Shown piece by piece: positions 47,740-61,995 of a stretch of 64,000 nucleotides of DNA. The notes under the pieces were generated by a model that saw nothing but the letters and a program-made list of their open reading frames with translations, did no database searches and was not told where the DNA came from. A program made the position numbers and the translations under genes. How positions within the stretch are numbered: the stretch's first letter is position 1; each line of letters starts with the position of its first letter. Origin of the DNA: Hypanus sabinus (Eukaryota); contig NC_082722.1 of NCBI RefSeq assembly GCF_030144855.1, positions 27,714,001-27,778,000 of the forward strand. Reading direction: 5' to 3'.

Positions 47740-50640
47740 CACAATAGATCAATTGGTCCCTGAAGGCGCTCCAAGAGTGGGCATTGACATATCTACCTGT
47801 CTAGGTCTAGCTCAAGCCCCTGTCAATGCCAACTGCTACTGTGGACCTCACTGTTGTTCTGGCTGAATATGTTAACCTTCTTGAAGTCCTCAGTAAGAGG
47901 ACAGCTACGATCCTGCCACCACACCAGCCATACAACTGTGCCATTGACCTCTTAGCTGGTACTAGTCCTGCCCAGGGATAGCTCTTTCCCCTCTTTCATC
48001 CAGAAATGCAGGCCATGGAAGAATACATAAAGGAGGCATTGGTCTTGGGATTTGTCCATCAATCAAACTTACCTGCAGAGGTCAGCTTCTCTTTTGGGAG
48101 TACGTTCAATGGCAAGCACTTTTTCTGCCCCTGCTGTTTTTCAGGTCCTGGTCAACAATGTGCTCTGAGCCATGTTGAATCCATTTGTGCTTGGGTATTT
48201 GGATTATACTCTTATCTATTCCCATGTTCGCCAGGAACACATCCAGCATGCCCAGAGGATTATCAGATGACTCCTTGAGAATGACCTTTAAGGTAAACCA
48301 GAGAAGTGTGAGTTGCATAAAGAGCAGATTGGGTAATATACTCACCCCTTCCAGTGTTCAAATGGACCCATGACAGTCACACAGTGGCACAAACCACCTG
48401 CAGTCAAACAGGTGCAGCGCTTCATGGGGCTTTGCTAACTTATTGCTGTTTCATTAGAAACTTCAGTTCCATCGCAGTCCCCATAACTGCAATCACCAAA
48501 AGGTCCTCTGCAGGATTCCATGGGACAACTGAAGCAGATCGAGCATCCTCAGCAATAAAACAACGCTTTACCACTGCCCCAGTGCTGCAACACCCAGACC
48601 CATCCTGGCCATTCATTGTTGAGGTAGATGCATCAGATGTCAGCATGAGAGCTGTACTCTCCCAACACACTTTTGCTGCACCCTTGACGTCATGCCAATA
48701 CACCTCAAGATGGTGGTAAACGGCGACACCTTGCTTGCATCTTCAGAAAGTTTTATTTTAATATATATTCTTTTTTGATTTTCGAGTTTCTTTTGAAGAC
48801 CCTGACCTGGAGTTCTTTGTGGGAATGGGACCTGCTCTCAAGGTCTCACAACCGGCCGCTTTTTGACATCCCAAGGACGCGGCCTGGAAAACTAGCGTGC
48901 CTTCAGGATTCCAGATTTTCTTGGCTCTGTAGACGTGGCGATTCTAGGCCGGTGCCCCTGATGGAGGCATCATTTGACAACGTGAAGCAGGGAGCAGCGG
49001 ATTAGTTTCCCTGAGTTGTGTGTCCAGAGATCTGCACTTTTCTGGAGCTGACTCTCTGGGAGCTGAACTCGGAAAAAAACAACGCAACAGACTTTTAACA
49101 TCGTAATCAGCGAGCTGTTTGTTATATCTCACCTCACGCTATGAAATGCGGACTCCTNNNNNNNNNNNNNNNNNNNNNNNNNNNNNNNNNNNNNNNNNNN
49201 NNNNNNNNNNNNNNNNNNNNNNNNNNNNNNNNNNNNNNNNNNNNNNNNNNNNNNNNNNNNNNNNNNNNNNNNNNNNNNNNNNNNNNNNNNNNCGGGTGAA
49301 TGAGCAGTCTTTGGGCCACTGCAAGTCTGTGTCTTTATTGATGTTTGCTGCATACTGCAGTGGTCGGTGGAGGGCGCTGACGGTTTTTGCTGGTGGGGGA
49401 GAGGGTCGTTGCCTTGCTGCTGCTTGTGCGTTGGAAGGGGAGATGAGGAGGGGCTTCGGGGTTCTAACATTTAACTGTCATTCATTCTTTGGGTCACCTC
49501 TGTTTTCGTGGATGTTTGCAAAGAAAGAGAATTTCACGATGTATATTGTATACATTCCAAGGACATTAAATGAACCTGTTGAACCTATTAATTGCTATCA
49601 GACACAAAAATGCTGGTGGAACTCAGAAGACCAGGCAGTATCTATTGAAAAGAGTACAGGCAACGTTTCTGGCAAAACTCTTCAGCAGGCCTTCTGTGTC
49701 GGCGACCTGTGTCTCACAACCACTGGTCCCAACTCTCGGAGGATTTCTTCACTGGTCTGAACCGCTCTGATGGAAATATTAACGTTCTGGTGGTTGTGGA
49801 TCAATTATCCAATGTTGTCCATGTCATTGCTCTCCCAATGCTCCCGTTGGCTTGTAAGACTGCTACCCACATGGTTCAGCATGTGTTCAGTCTACACAAC
49901 TTCCCTCAGGATAGAGTGTCTGATCGAGGACCACAGTTTTGGGAAGGCCTTCTGTTCGCTTCAGGGAATTACAGCCAGCCTCCCATCTTGTTTCCACACC
50001 CAGTCTAATGAACAAATTGAGAGAGGAATCAGAAGCTGGAGACAACCTTGCACTGCCTTGTCTCTTCCATCTCTACATCCTGGGAACTTCCAATTAGTTG
50101 GGAAGTAATTGCCCAAAATCGCCTCCAGTTACTTCCAATGGCATGTCCCCCGTTGAATGCAGCAGGTACAGGTCGCAACTGCCTTGGGAATTGAGACTAG
50201 GGAGGGAGACCCTGTCACAACCACAGTCTCGCCTGCAGGGTCTACGTACTCGCATAAGCGGACTATAGAATGGGTTCAACAATCACACTCGTGAGAATGC
50301 ACATTCCACCAATTAGTGTTTCATTGTGGTGGTATTTAGCTCCCTGCCTTTCATTCCAGTCTTGCTGAGGCTTTACCAAAAGCACAGCAAACTCTATGCT
50401 CCCTGCTTACCTCTTTCCTTGTTCTGGGAAAGAAGTCTACTGCTTGACTGACGCTGTAAAGGAGCAGTATTCATTTAATCTTGTTATTAATTCTTCATTG
50501 CAATGTTAGCATTAGCTTTCAGCTTGCGAGTTGTGTTTAATAGACCTATTGGTCAAGCGTTTATTGTTTTTCCTTTAATTGTTCATAGCCTTATTATGTC
50601 AGTGAACCGTTCATCGGCTTCAGTGTCACTCCCTCTGCAC
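47740..50640 (+). mobile_element. Ty3/Gypsy pol remnant (RT, RNase H, integrase), split by a repeat, a gap and a Penelope tail
   Basis: FIRNFSSIA.PITAITK...RFTTAPVLQHPDPSWPFIVEVDASDV (48440-48660); DFFTGL...VVVDQLS...HVFSLHNFPQDRVSDRGPQF (49740-49940). Confidence 0.85.
49158..49292. other. Assembly gap (N)
   Basis: Run of N. Confidence 1.
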
Positions 50641-51689
50641 TTGGGCCATAACCACTGCAGTAACTCTGTAACATTGGCTCTTTAATTCTTTCTCTGCAGG
50701 TATGAAGACGGAGTGCCAAGGTCGGTAACTTAAATTTTTAACATCATGAGAATCTTTCAGCACTTTGAATCCTTTCAGTTCCATTTCCCTTTTCACCAAA
50801 TTAATGATGAATACCAAATCACAGGGAAGTTCAGATAACTTGACATAATGAATCTCTTTTCTCAGCCACAGATTTTTATCAAAGTAAATCAGAATGAAAT
50901 AGTTTTGAAAGTGATTGCATTCTGGGGGAAACTGACCTCTATATTGCTGCAGTAAGATCCCACCTTAGACATTTTGGTGTATCGTGCAGAACATGTGAGG
51001 TCAGTGGTGCTCTGAGTGGCAGGTGGGATCCATCTGCTCACCAACTGGGACCATGTATGTAAGTTGCTGAATCTTTCCTACAATGCAGCATATCATCATT
51101 GATTTACTCTAACACTGATCTCCTCCCACTGTCGCACAACATGACCAAAGATGGCTACGACAGTCCCAGCAAACTCTGGGGTTCTCTTGTTCCCAAATCC
51201 TTAACCAGAGTGTCTGAATCAGAACCAAAAATCCACAATGCTGCAGACGGTGGAAAACTGAAATAAAAACAGAAAATACTGGCCAACAGGAGGGACATTT
51301 CCTGTTAAGAGATCCATGAAATTTATATTCCTGCTCAATCACTTCCTTTGGAACCAGGAATGTTGCCAGTTTTTAATTTGTAATTAGTCCACATGCATAA
51401 GTCCACCATTTATTACCCCGGTGTCCACTATTGCTTCCAAGAGAGTTAGTATTTACCCAATAGCCAAATGTCCTCATTTTGTGCAAGAGTCAATCATTAT
51501 GTTCACAAAAACATTGGAGTATTGAAGAGTGTGTTAGGCACCTTTTGTTTGAGAGCTGTAGTTCTAATCAATGGAATATTCGTTTTAACAAATCAAATAA
51601 GCACATGGAATTCTTTCCTGGACTGCTCCAGTTGCAACTTCCAGCAGTTATTCCTGCTGCCAATTAAAATAAAAAAATATATACTGCTG

Positions 51690-52170
51690 ATGCTTCTTTG
51701 AAATCTGGAATAAAATCAGAAAGTGCTAGAAACTTGTTTTTATTCTACACACACCTAACTTAAACAGCTGTCTCCTTTCACCTTGTTTCTTTCCTCTTCT
51801 CCGCCCCCTCCATTTGCCCATCATGTATGCACTCCTCCCAGTGGTTCCCCATCCCCACTGTTCCCACCTGACCTCCCCACTTTCCTTATTGAGTTCTATG
51901 CTCCACCTGCCTCTCCTGTCAGATTCTATCAACTGTTCCCTTCAAGCTCCTTTCTATGTATTCTTCCCTCCTCCATGTGCTAATTGCGTCATCTCAATTG
52001 GACCCACCTATCACTTGCCAGCATTTGCTCCACCACTTCCTCTCACCCCTCTATATAACTATCTCCCCTGTACGTTTCCAGTTCAAAAAGGATCTCAACA
52101 CAACATTTCAACTATCCATTTTCCTCCAAAGATGCTGCTTCATCTGCTGAGTTCCTCTGGCAGAGGGGTT
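51690..52170 (+). mobile_element. Decayed Penelope terminal region
   Basis: Pyrimidine-rich body and gatgctgc..catctgctgagttcctct terminus. Confidence 0.55.
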
Positions 52171-54611
52171 CCTAAACTGGTGTCCACGGATCCCTCGGTT
52201 AATAATAAGAGTCCATGCCATATAAACATTGGGAATCCCTGGGGTAGTACTTTGGTGTTTTGCTTTACAATGGCATGTCATTCAAGAACTTCACACATCT
52301 CAAAGAGATTATCTCTCAAGCTCTGAATTTATGGAGAATGTAGATCTTGCACAGAGTGCCTTCCCATAGGAGAATCTTCCTTCCCAGGAATCATTTTCAC
52401 TTTTCAGATACAGTTAATGGCTGCATCAGTCCTTTGTCCCTACAGAACCTACTCGACTCAATGAATTTCTTCCTGGAGAGTATTTGTCGCTGCTGATTCT
52501 CTTCTGTCTATCACAACAGACTGTTGGACCACTCACTGCAATGACCTGATTTAATGATCTATAATCGTTTATCGCTCTCCATTATCCATCCTGTTACTTT
52601 GCCAGCCGGCCCAGTGAAATATGTTCTTGAGTCAACGCTACCCTGTTTGGTGGTTTGACAATAAGAAATATTTTGGGTTTAATGGCATTGTAAAAGGCTG
52701 ATGAATAGTTTCACTCCAGCTAAGGTCTGAGCATTCAGGGATGAATGCAAACTCAGTAGAACCATGTGACTTGTTCTCTGTGGATTTGTACACTTTGTGG
52801 GTAGATCATACTGCAGGGGCTTATAGAAGGATACCGATAACTTCAGCAACCACTGTATGTAGTAAGGCCATTTTTCACTGTCCACGGTGCCATGATCTGC
52901 ACTGCACTCTGGACTCATCACCATCAGTCTCTGATGTTGGGTACTGATTTGAGAGTGTTTGCGCTGTTCTGCCCACCTCTCCCTACCCTTCAAATGACCA
53001 CTGATTTATCATTCAGTCTACGTCCTGGAATGTACGATCCAGAAATTTCAATCTCCCTCATGCTCCACGGGGAATTCTGAAATCATAAACCTCAATATGA
53101 TCAATTAGAAGCACAGCCTGTGCAGCATGACATCTGGAGACACAAGGAGCAGAAATTCCCATATTTTTAGAATTGTGTTCTCATAATGTATGTTTACAAT
53201 AGTCTGAAGTGCAGATTATTCATCATCCAAATGACCAATACATTACAGGAAGGATCCTTGGTTCAGCCTGAGTTGGTCAGATACTCCTATTGCTCTGGGT
53301 GGGGTTGGACAAAGATCATTCATCAGCTTACTCAGAGCTGCTCACTGACTCACTGAACCTTTAATGGAAATTGCACATACAAGAGAATTCAGCACAATTA
53401 GCCTTACCTTCAAACGACCTCTTGACATTGGCATCATTTTACACAGCATGACAGAAAGTGGAGGTAGGAGGTTGCTAGAATTCATAGGTATGGATTCTCT
53501 TTCAATCTTAAGCATTGGTATACCGCTGAAATAAATTATTCTGGCATCCTGCTCCACACATATCCAAATTGATGGCCAATCGAAGAGGACATTTGACCAA
53601 ACCCCAGGTACCTATGTCACCAGTGGTTAGTATAAGTTTTCTCACAGAATAGAGAGGAGCGAATTGCCTTTGGTAGGCTGCAGAAATGAAATTGTGCCAT
53701 CACAGAAAATACAAATGCTCTCACTTTTCTCACAAGGGACACAATAGGATGTTCAGTCCCTGAGGATTGCCCCACCACTCAATATGAACATGGCTAAATT
53801 GACCCAGGCCTCACTGCCTCTTCTGAGCTCCAAAAGACATAGAGCAGAGTTAGGCCATTCGGCCCTCAAGCCTGCCCCGCCTTTCACTATGAACATGCTT
53901 AATCTGCCTCTTCTTCTAAGCGAGTTCCCCATAGTTTCCCATTCCCTCAAAAGTGTATCTACATCCTCTTTAAGTATCCCCAGGAAACCAGTCTCTACCA
54001 ACCTCCAGGATAGAGTACTCCAGAGATTTACACCTTCTACAATAAACGTGCTATGTAATTCAGTTTCAAATAACCATTCACGAATCTTATGTATCCCCAT
54101 GTGCAGCTTCTCTCACTAGCAGAAACATCTCAACATCTTCTATTTCTGTTGGATTTTTAATCATTTCAATAACATCAGTCTACATTATCCAAAGTTTAAA
54201 GATCTAATTTCTTCAAGCACACGTGATAGAACAACCAACTCATCTGAGGAACAGTAATGGTGATGTTGGAAATAGTCACCTGATATGACAAGGCATTTGT
54301 GTATCTATATTTCTGTGTGAATGTTCCATCAAACTATCAATGCGGGAGTGTAAACACTCATCTGTAGAGAGGGGAGTATTTTTGTTCAGTGCACATATCT
54401 ACCAGTCCTTGACTGGATGAGGGCATCTGGTAATTCTGCCGCATAGTCGTGTTTACTTATTATTATTTAATTATTTATGGTTTTATATTGCTATATTTCT
54501 TCTCTATTCATGGTTGGTGCGGCTGTAACTAACCCTAATTTCCCTCGGGATCAATAAAGTATGTCTGTCTGTCTGTTATGTTAAGATCTATGACAATTAT
54601 TGATCTATCCC

Positions 54612-54614
<3 letters not shown>

Positions 54615-54654
<40 letters not shown>
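54615..54654. repeat. (TG)20 microsatellite with a degenerate TG-rich extension to about 54778
   Basis: Direct count. Confidence 0.98.
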
Positions 54655-54657
<3 letters not shown>

Positions 54658-55909
54658 ACATGTTCTTGCAAATGTGTATACATTTGTGTATGTGCATGCA
54701 TGTACTTGATATGTTCATATACTGTGTGTATCTGTATGTGGTGTATGCTTGTGTGTGTATGCTGCGTCTGTGTGTGTGAATATAGCAGCATCAGTGGTGA
54801 GGATGTGTTGTTAAACTTTATTCATTATGCACTGATCACTGGAACCCACCTGCCCTTTCAATCACATGATTGTAGATGCTTTCATCAGTATGACTGATTG
54901 AGAATGGTTGAGAATAGTGAAAGGGATTAAAGAGGAAAAGACTGAATTGAGATGACATAAATTACTCTCCCGTCCATTGAGACAGCCGTAATTTCACGTG
55001 TTATATTCCTGTTTATACATTTTCATGCCCTTTTATTTCACAAACCCAGAAGAAAATGCTTCAACATGTTATTTTTATGTGAAAAATTAAAGAGTGATGC
55101 CATGGAAATACACACAGAATATAAAGTTTTGAGAAAAAGAGGGAATCTCCACAAAACAACAAATAAATCTGATTGCTATTTCATTGTGGATAAGTGCAAG
55201 TTACCAACAAGCTGTCCACTTTTGCTGGAGCTACATATACAACCAATCTTTAGATCACTCATTAAACATCTCTTGGATTAACAAAGCAGAAAGGAAATTT
55301 GCCTAAAAGAAGCAACAGATGATATTTAGGTGTCATTTTAAATGTTTCTGTCAAGATAAATCAATGTGTGTTTTTTTTGTGTGATGGAGGGCCTGAGATA
55401 CAAAGAGAGATTGGACAGGCTAGAACTTTATTCCTTTGGAATGAAGGAGATTGATCAGTGACATTATGGAGACAGATAAAATCGTGTTGGGTTTTCATAG
55501 CGAGAAAACACAGTCTTTGTCCCAAGAAAGAGAAGTCAAAATTAGAGGGCATGGGATTAAGTTGAGAATTGAATTATTTCAAAGGGACCCGAGGGGCAGG
55601 TTTTTTCCTGCAGAAGGTGATACATTTATGGACTAAGGCAGGTAAAATAACAACATTGAAAAAACATTCGGGTAAGCACATGGATATGGGGGTTTAGAGG
55701 GATATCGGACCATTGTGTGAAATTGAGTGATTAGTGGGCACCATGGCCGGCTTGGACAAGTTGAGTCAAAGTTCCTGTTTGCATGCAGTGCTACTCCACA
55801 ATTATAAGACTTTCCTACTTTTTAATCAGATCAGGTAGTGATAAATCTGTACTTATCATCAACAGAACACAGAGTGAATGGTGAAGTTGTTTCCCTTTGA
55901 CCTGTATAG

Positions 55910-56050
55910 GTGGGTGAACAAACCACTGATAATCAGAATGCTGATGTTGAAGTGATCCTTCCAGCTGAGCTATCTGAGAGAGCTGACGAGTAACAGAATG
56001 ACCTTTCAAGGCTCATTTTCTCCGTAATTAATGACAGCGAACTATTTGAG
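55910..56050 (+). pseudogene. ADGRG-like GAIN exon with in-frame stop
   Basis: ttccctttgacctgtatag|GTG ... GAG|gtaaat; 141 nt: VGEQTTDNQNADVEVILPAELSERADE*QNDLSRLIFSVINDSELFE. Confidence 0.75.
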
Positions 56051-56473
56051 GTAAATTGTTCAAAAGTGTCATTGTAGCCTGTACACTTGAAATGAAATGA
56101 GATTTTTGTCAGCCTACATTGCTACCACTCAGTAGAAAAGGGCCAGGTGCCTGTGGTGGTCAGTCCTCAGTTTGAATGGTTTTTCAGCCTGACCTCGCCA
56201 CCTCCCATGATAAGGCCTTTCCCTGTGTTTGCTGGTTGGACTGGGAGGAAGTAAACTCTGAAACAATGCCGGAGCCAGGTGAATATAGATCCCAGTCTAA
56301 CTTTTGATGGTCCACCAGAGGCAGAGGAACAAACTTGGACAGATGTTTTGGGAAAATAGAGTTACTCCAAAGTTAAAAATCTCTAAAAATAGTGGACATT
56401 GTGAGAAGTATCTGATGCTGTGTTCTTCAACACTGCACCTTGCTGAAAGGACTCTTGGTTTATTTCTCTGTTG

Positions 56474-56593
56474 GATGAAAATAATTACACACTATTAAAT
56501 GACAAAGTGTTTGGAATTATTCTGGGAAACACAAGCATTCAGAATTTAACGGAAGGTGTGACTATTGAGATAAATCACAGCAAAAATATGGCA
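56474..56593 (+). pseudogene. ADGRG-like GAIN exon
   Basis: DENNYTLLNDKVFGIILGNTSIQNLTEGVTIEINHSKNMA|gtaagt. The pyrimidine tract ends in ctgttg with no AG; an in-frame AG lies 24 nt upstream (56448-56449). Confidence 0.85.
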
Positions 56594-56879
56594 GTAAGTA
56601 TTTTGACAATAATTCAGAAACAAATCTTTCAAGAATGATGAAGGGTATTTCAGTCAATTAAAATTTATCCTTTATTACCTGGACACAGATTGTAACAACT
56701 CATTTGGTGTAGTAACGTATCTCTACTCGGAATTGTCAGCTCAGTCAAAACACTAACGACCCTGGGTAACATCTAATTTACACATCAGTTCTTTATATCA
56801 AAGCAACCTGTAAACAGCTCCTTTGTATCAATACACCACCCTATAAAAGTCTTGTAATATGATGGTATTCACCCTGCAG

Positions 56880-59040
56880 CTTGAGAGGGAGAAGATAAAG
56901 TCTGATGTATCAGTATTACAGTGGAGTAAGGGGAATTACAGAGGTATGAGAAGCCAGCTGGCCAAAGTTGATTGAAAGGGGATACTAGCAGGGATGACAG
57001 CAGAACAGCAGTGACTGGAGTTTTTAGGTCAATTCAGAAGGCACAGGAAAGATACATCTCAAAGATGAAGGATTCCTGTAAAGGGAGAATGCCGCAACCC
57101 TGGCTGACAAGAGAAGTCAAAGACAAATAAAGAAAAAGAGAAGGTATATAATATAGCAAAAAATTAGTGGAAAGTTAGAGGATTGGAAAGCTTATAAAAA
57201 CCAAGAAAAGACAATTTAAAAAGCCATAAGAAAAGAAAAGATGGAATATGAAGGAAAACTAGCTAATAAGATAAGAGAACTTCAAAAGCTTCTTCAGGTT
57301 TATAAAGTGTAAAAGAGGCAAGAGTGGATATAAGACTGCTGGAAACTGATGCTATAGAGGTAGGACTGAAGGACAAAGAAATGGCAGACAAACTTAACAA
57401 GTATTTTGCATCAGTCTTCACTGTTGAAGTTGTTATCAGAATGCCTTAAGTTCAAAAGCGTCTGGGCATAAGTGAGTGTAGTTCTTACTGCTCAGATCAA
57501 AGTGCTTGAAGCTGAAAGGACTTGAGCTAGATAAGTCACCTCGACCAGGTGTATTACACACCAGGGTTATGAAAGAGGTTGATCTTTTAAGAATATCTAA
57601 ATTCTAGAATGGATCCAGGGACAGGAAAATTGCAAATGCCAGTCTATTTTTCAAGAAGGGAGGAAGGCAGAAGAATGGAAATTATAGGCCAATTAACCTG
57701 ACTTCAGTGGATGGGAAGATGATGGAGTCTGTTGTTAAGAATGAGCTTTCAGGGTACTTGGAGCACATGATAAAATACCCCAAGGTTAGCATAGTTTACT
57801 TAAGGGGAAATCTTGCCTGACAAACCTTTGAGGAAATAACAAGCAGGATAGAAAAATGAGAATCAGTGGATGTTGTCTTCCTGGACTTTGAAGTGGTCTC
57901 TGACAAGCCGCTCCACATAAGGCTAGTTAACAAGATAGTAGATACTAGTCCATGGTACTGCAAGAAAGATACTAGCATGGATAGAAGATTGAGGGACTGG
58001 AAGGAAGCAAAGTATGGAATTAAAGGACACCATTTCTGGTTTGGCTCCCGATGACTAATGGTTTTCTACAGGGGTCAGTATTGGGACTACTTCATTTCCC
58101 ATTACATGTCAGTGATTTGGATGATGGAATTGATAGTTTGTGGTCAAGTTTGCAAATGATACGTAGGTAGGTGGAGGGAGAGTGAGTGTTGAGGAATCAA
58201 AGATTCTGCAGAAAGTCTTGGACAGATTAGAAAAGTAGGCAATGTAACAAGTGAACTATAGTGTAAGATATTGTATAATCATGCACTTTGGCAGAAGGAC
58301 TCAAGGTGTATACTATTTTCTAAATGGGGAGAAAATTGAAAAAGGGATTTAGGAGTCCTGGTGCAGCATTCCCTGACGACAATCTTGCGATTGAGTCTAT
58401 AGTAAGGAAAGCAAATGTAATGTTAGTATTCATTTTGAGAGCACCAGAAGATAAGAGCAAGGATGTAATGCTGAGCATTTACAAGGCATTGGTTGACTGC
58501 TCTTGGAGTACTGTGAGCAGTTTTGGGCCCCTATCTAAGAAAAGACCTGCTGGCATTGAAAGGAGGTTCTCTATAATGATCCTGGGAATGAAGGTTTACA
58601 CACATGAGCACTGTGTGCTGGAGCAGGGCCTGTACTCACTGGAAGTTAGAATTAGGGACGATCACATTGAAAACTATCAAACATTGAAAAGCCTAAATAA
58701 GATATGGAGAGGATGTTTCCTACAGTGAGTGGATCTGAAACCAGAGGGCACAGCCACAGAATACAGGGATGTCCATTTAGAACAGAGACTACGGGGAACT
58801 TCTTTAGCCAGATGCTAGTGAATTCGTGGAATTCATAGTCACAGATCGTTGTGGAGGCCAAGTAATTGAGTATATTTAAAGCAGAGGTTGTTAGGTTCCT
58901 AATTAGCCAAGATGTCAAATGTTACATGGAGAAGGCAAAAGAATGGGATTGAGGGGGATCATAAATTAACCCTGATGCGATGCTGCAACAGACTTGATGG
59001 GCCAAATGGCCTAATTGTGATTCAATGTCTTATGATCTGA
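56880..59040 (+). mobile_element. CR1 ORF2 (RT) to 3' end, decayed; in an intron of the ADGRG-like gene
   Basis: ggaaattataggccaattaacctgacttcagtgg (GNYRPINLTS), gtggatgttgtcttcctggacttt, gtcaagtttgcaaatgatac. Confidence 0.9.
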
Positions 59041-60246
59041 TGGTTTTATTTAATTCCCATAAATTGAGCTGTTGAATTAATTTCTAACCGTGCACATTAT
59101 TGTTGATGCATTATTAACAATAACATAAAAAAAATTGATATGAATCAGTTTGGGTGCAGTTTGAGGCTCCAATCTCAGACTTCTGTGCAGTAAAGCAGTA
59201 TCAATATGACAACACTGAACAAGACATCTTATTCCACTTTATGATTGCATTGGGCCGAATGAAGTTAAAGAGGTACAACAAAGGAACAAGCCTTTTGCCC
59301 AACCAAGTCTGCACCAATCATCAACAATTCCACGTCTCTTCTATATTTTGTCCTTCCCACATTCTCAGTAGCTCACAGCCATCTGGCCTGCACACACAGG
59401 CACCTCCAGTCTCCAACCAGCTGACAGGACTCACCTGTCACTTGTTTCCAAATTATCACATGCAGCCTTTTTAAACCCAGCACTCATCCCCAGTCCTTGT
59501 TCACCCATTGAACTAGCCAACCTCATCCAGTTGCTCCCAAACTTCTGTTATCTTTGTGTGTTCAGTATCAGTTCTCTCTGGTTTTCTGGCCCCTCATGTC
59601 TTGTTATTTCCCCGATATTAATAAAATATCATTTACTGCTAAATCATCTCCACCACTCTGCTTTTCGGTCAAGCCTCCTCTACACTTTCTGAAAACCTCC
59701 AGATTCTGCAACACCCCTAAAGACCTAGTAAATTTACAAAGGCCAATTAATTTGCCAACCAGCAGGTGAATGGAATGTAGGAGGAAACCAAAACACCTGG
59801 TGGAAATGAATACGGTCATGGAGGGAACCGGCAAACTCCACACAGAGAATACCTGAGGCCAGATTCAAACCCAGGTATCTGGAGCTGTGGGGCAGCGTCT
59901 CTACCGTGCCACCTCTGACAGAAATCCAGCTCTGAGATTTACTATAAATATTTTGAGAGCATTTCTCAATTTCTTGAGACTTTTCTGAATTTGTTTTCTG
60001 TCTTTTAACAACATCAGAGAGTGACTTTATTGATGACGTTTATATCACATTAAAAAGAGTTAAGCAGACAAGTGAGACAGATCAGTTGTACAGTCTTATC
60101 GATCAGCAGTTTAGTTCTGTTGTACCAGTAGGATGCTTTTGTACAGACCCTGGTGCTCAGAATGGTACATGTATACATTGCTGAACAGTCATTGCAAGAG
60201 GTTTCTGGTAACACACAAACTAAATTAGCAAATCCGTATATTTCAG

Positions 60247-60289
60247 AGTGGATCACATCGATGTGTATTCTTGTTTGAAAATGACAACG
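60247..60289 (+). pseudogene. ADGRG-like exon carrying the first GPS Cys (CVF[W>L])
   Basis: atatttcag|AGT...AAC G|gtaagc: SGSHRCVFLFENDN; followed by an 87-nt intron. Confidence 0.8.
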
Positions 60290-60376
60290 GTAAGCTGAAA
60301 ATCAGTTTAAATATTTCAGTAAGTGTTGGAAACCTCACTTACAGTGTAATGTTTAAACCCTGAATTAATGTTACAG

Positions 60377-60482
60377 AAAACATCTCAGACTCCTGGAATT
60401 CCACGGGCTGTAAGACAACAGTTGAGGATCATCAAACGATTTGTGTGCGTGAGACTATCTGACCTTCTTTGCTGTGTTGTTG
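60377..60482 (+). pseudogene. ADGRG-like GPS exon, frameshifted
   Basis: ttacag|AA...TTG|gtaggt: ENISDSWNSTGCKTTVEDHQTICVR[+2 nt]DYLTFFAVLL. 106 nt where 104 would keep the frame. Confidence 0.9.
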
Positions 60483-61995
60483 GTAGGTTTTACTTTTGCC
60501 CCCCCCCCATAAAGATGAGTCGGTCACCTGTAGAAGGCGTAGCTGTCTGTCCCTTTCTTTGAGTTACATCGTTGATTTCTCCAGCACACAACAGGCCATT
60601 CACCCAGACTCTGATTTTACCAACCAGAACTCATTTACACCAACCTATTATAATATAATATTCTCCCCCTAACCCCCTCATCCCCCCGGATTCTCCCACT
60701 ATAATTCCCCCCCACCCCCCACCCCTCCCGCAGGTCCTCAATACTCACCCGGACATTGGGGAAATTTACAAATAACCTACCACCTGCAGGACTTTGGGAC
60801 GTTGGAGGAAACCACAGGAACCAATGGAAACACATGTGGCCTCAAGGACAGCATGTAAACTTCGCAGAGACAGTTCCCAAAGTCAGGATTTCACCTGTGT
60901 CACTGGAGCTACGAGACAGAGGATCTATTAGCTCTGCCACTGAGCTGCCCACTTCTCTTTTTCCTTTTTTCAACTCTTCATCTTCCTCAGCCAGCCCTGC
61001 TTACCCCTCAAAGTTCTCAAAGTCAGCTGCTTCACCAAATCACTCTGTGAAAATGTGCTGACCTGAATATGTCTACCCACACAGTAATCAGCCATCCAAT
61101 CTCCCATCCCTGGTCAGGATGGAGTCATTCCGGTACTGAGAATTGGCACCTACATGGTTAACAATACATCATATGTACGCACTTGGTCAGAAATATGAGC
61201 AGCTCTGTGCTACTCCAAGAGAAGACATGAATACTAACCAGGTTCAGCCCAAGGCAGCATTTTACTAATGGTGACCTACAATGACATAAGGCAGAATAGC
61301 CACTGGAATTTGTATTACCTTCGGAACTTCCACCTGCTGTTCAGTAATGGGTACAGCAGTGATTATGGGGTCATACAGCAAGGAAACCGTCAATCGGTGC
61401 GCTGACCATGCTCACCGTCAAGCACCCATTTACACTGATCCCATTTTAGATCAGGTCTCATTGAGGGTTGACATGGTAATCTCCCCACTGCAGCTTTCAT
61501 GTACTTCATAATACTGACACTAAATATGTTGGGAGGAAAACAGAATCATTTTAAAAAGTAACTCAATTTCCTGTTTGCCTCCTAACCTATTGATGTACAA
61601 TCCCCCTTCAAATCAATGTAGTCTAACAACCAGTGCGAGCCTTGTCCGTGCCTGGAATTCAACTAGTGATTTCTGACTGATGCAACAGCGAACAGCAACA
61701 TGATTAGGGTGTATCTGTAGACACTACACCAGATGGCAGTGACAGATTCCATGTGTGACCAAACTACTCACTGGGAGGTGAGGACTCATTTCAGCATGAT
61801 CAGTAGATGTGTTCAGATCTGTTGTCTGGGACGCCTATTTCCTGGGAACAGTTCAAGTTTACATCAGACGCATTTCAGGCATTGTTAATTTTCAACCAAA
61901 TTTATTTTCAATAATTTAAATCACCTCCAGGAATAGACAAATCAGACTGAGAACAGGTTTAACCATTGCTCAACAATCACGATTATTTATCAAAG

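Larger units (their letters stand above)
59740..61600 (-). mobile_element. Three V-SINE-type fragments (about 59740-59910, 60600-60950, 61400-61600)
   Basis: Repeated antisense core tgg/gtaggaggaaacc...caaactccacacag. Confidence 0.6.

Noticed and set aside
55050-55330. Possible further decayed GAIN exon of the ADGRG-like gene
   Set aside because: Needs several frameshifts and stops and has no clear donor; not supportable without an alignment.
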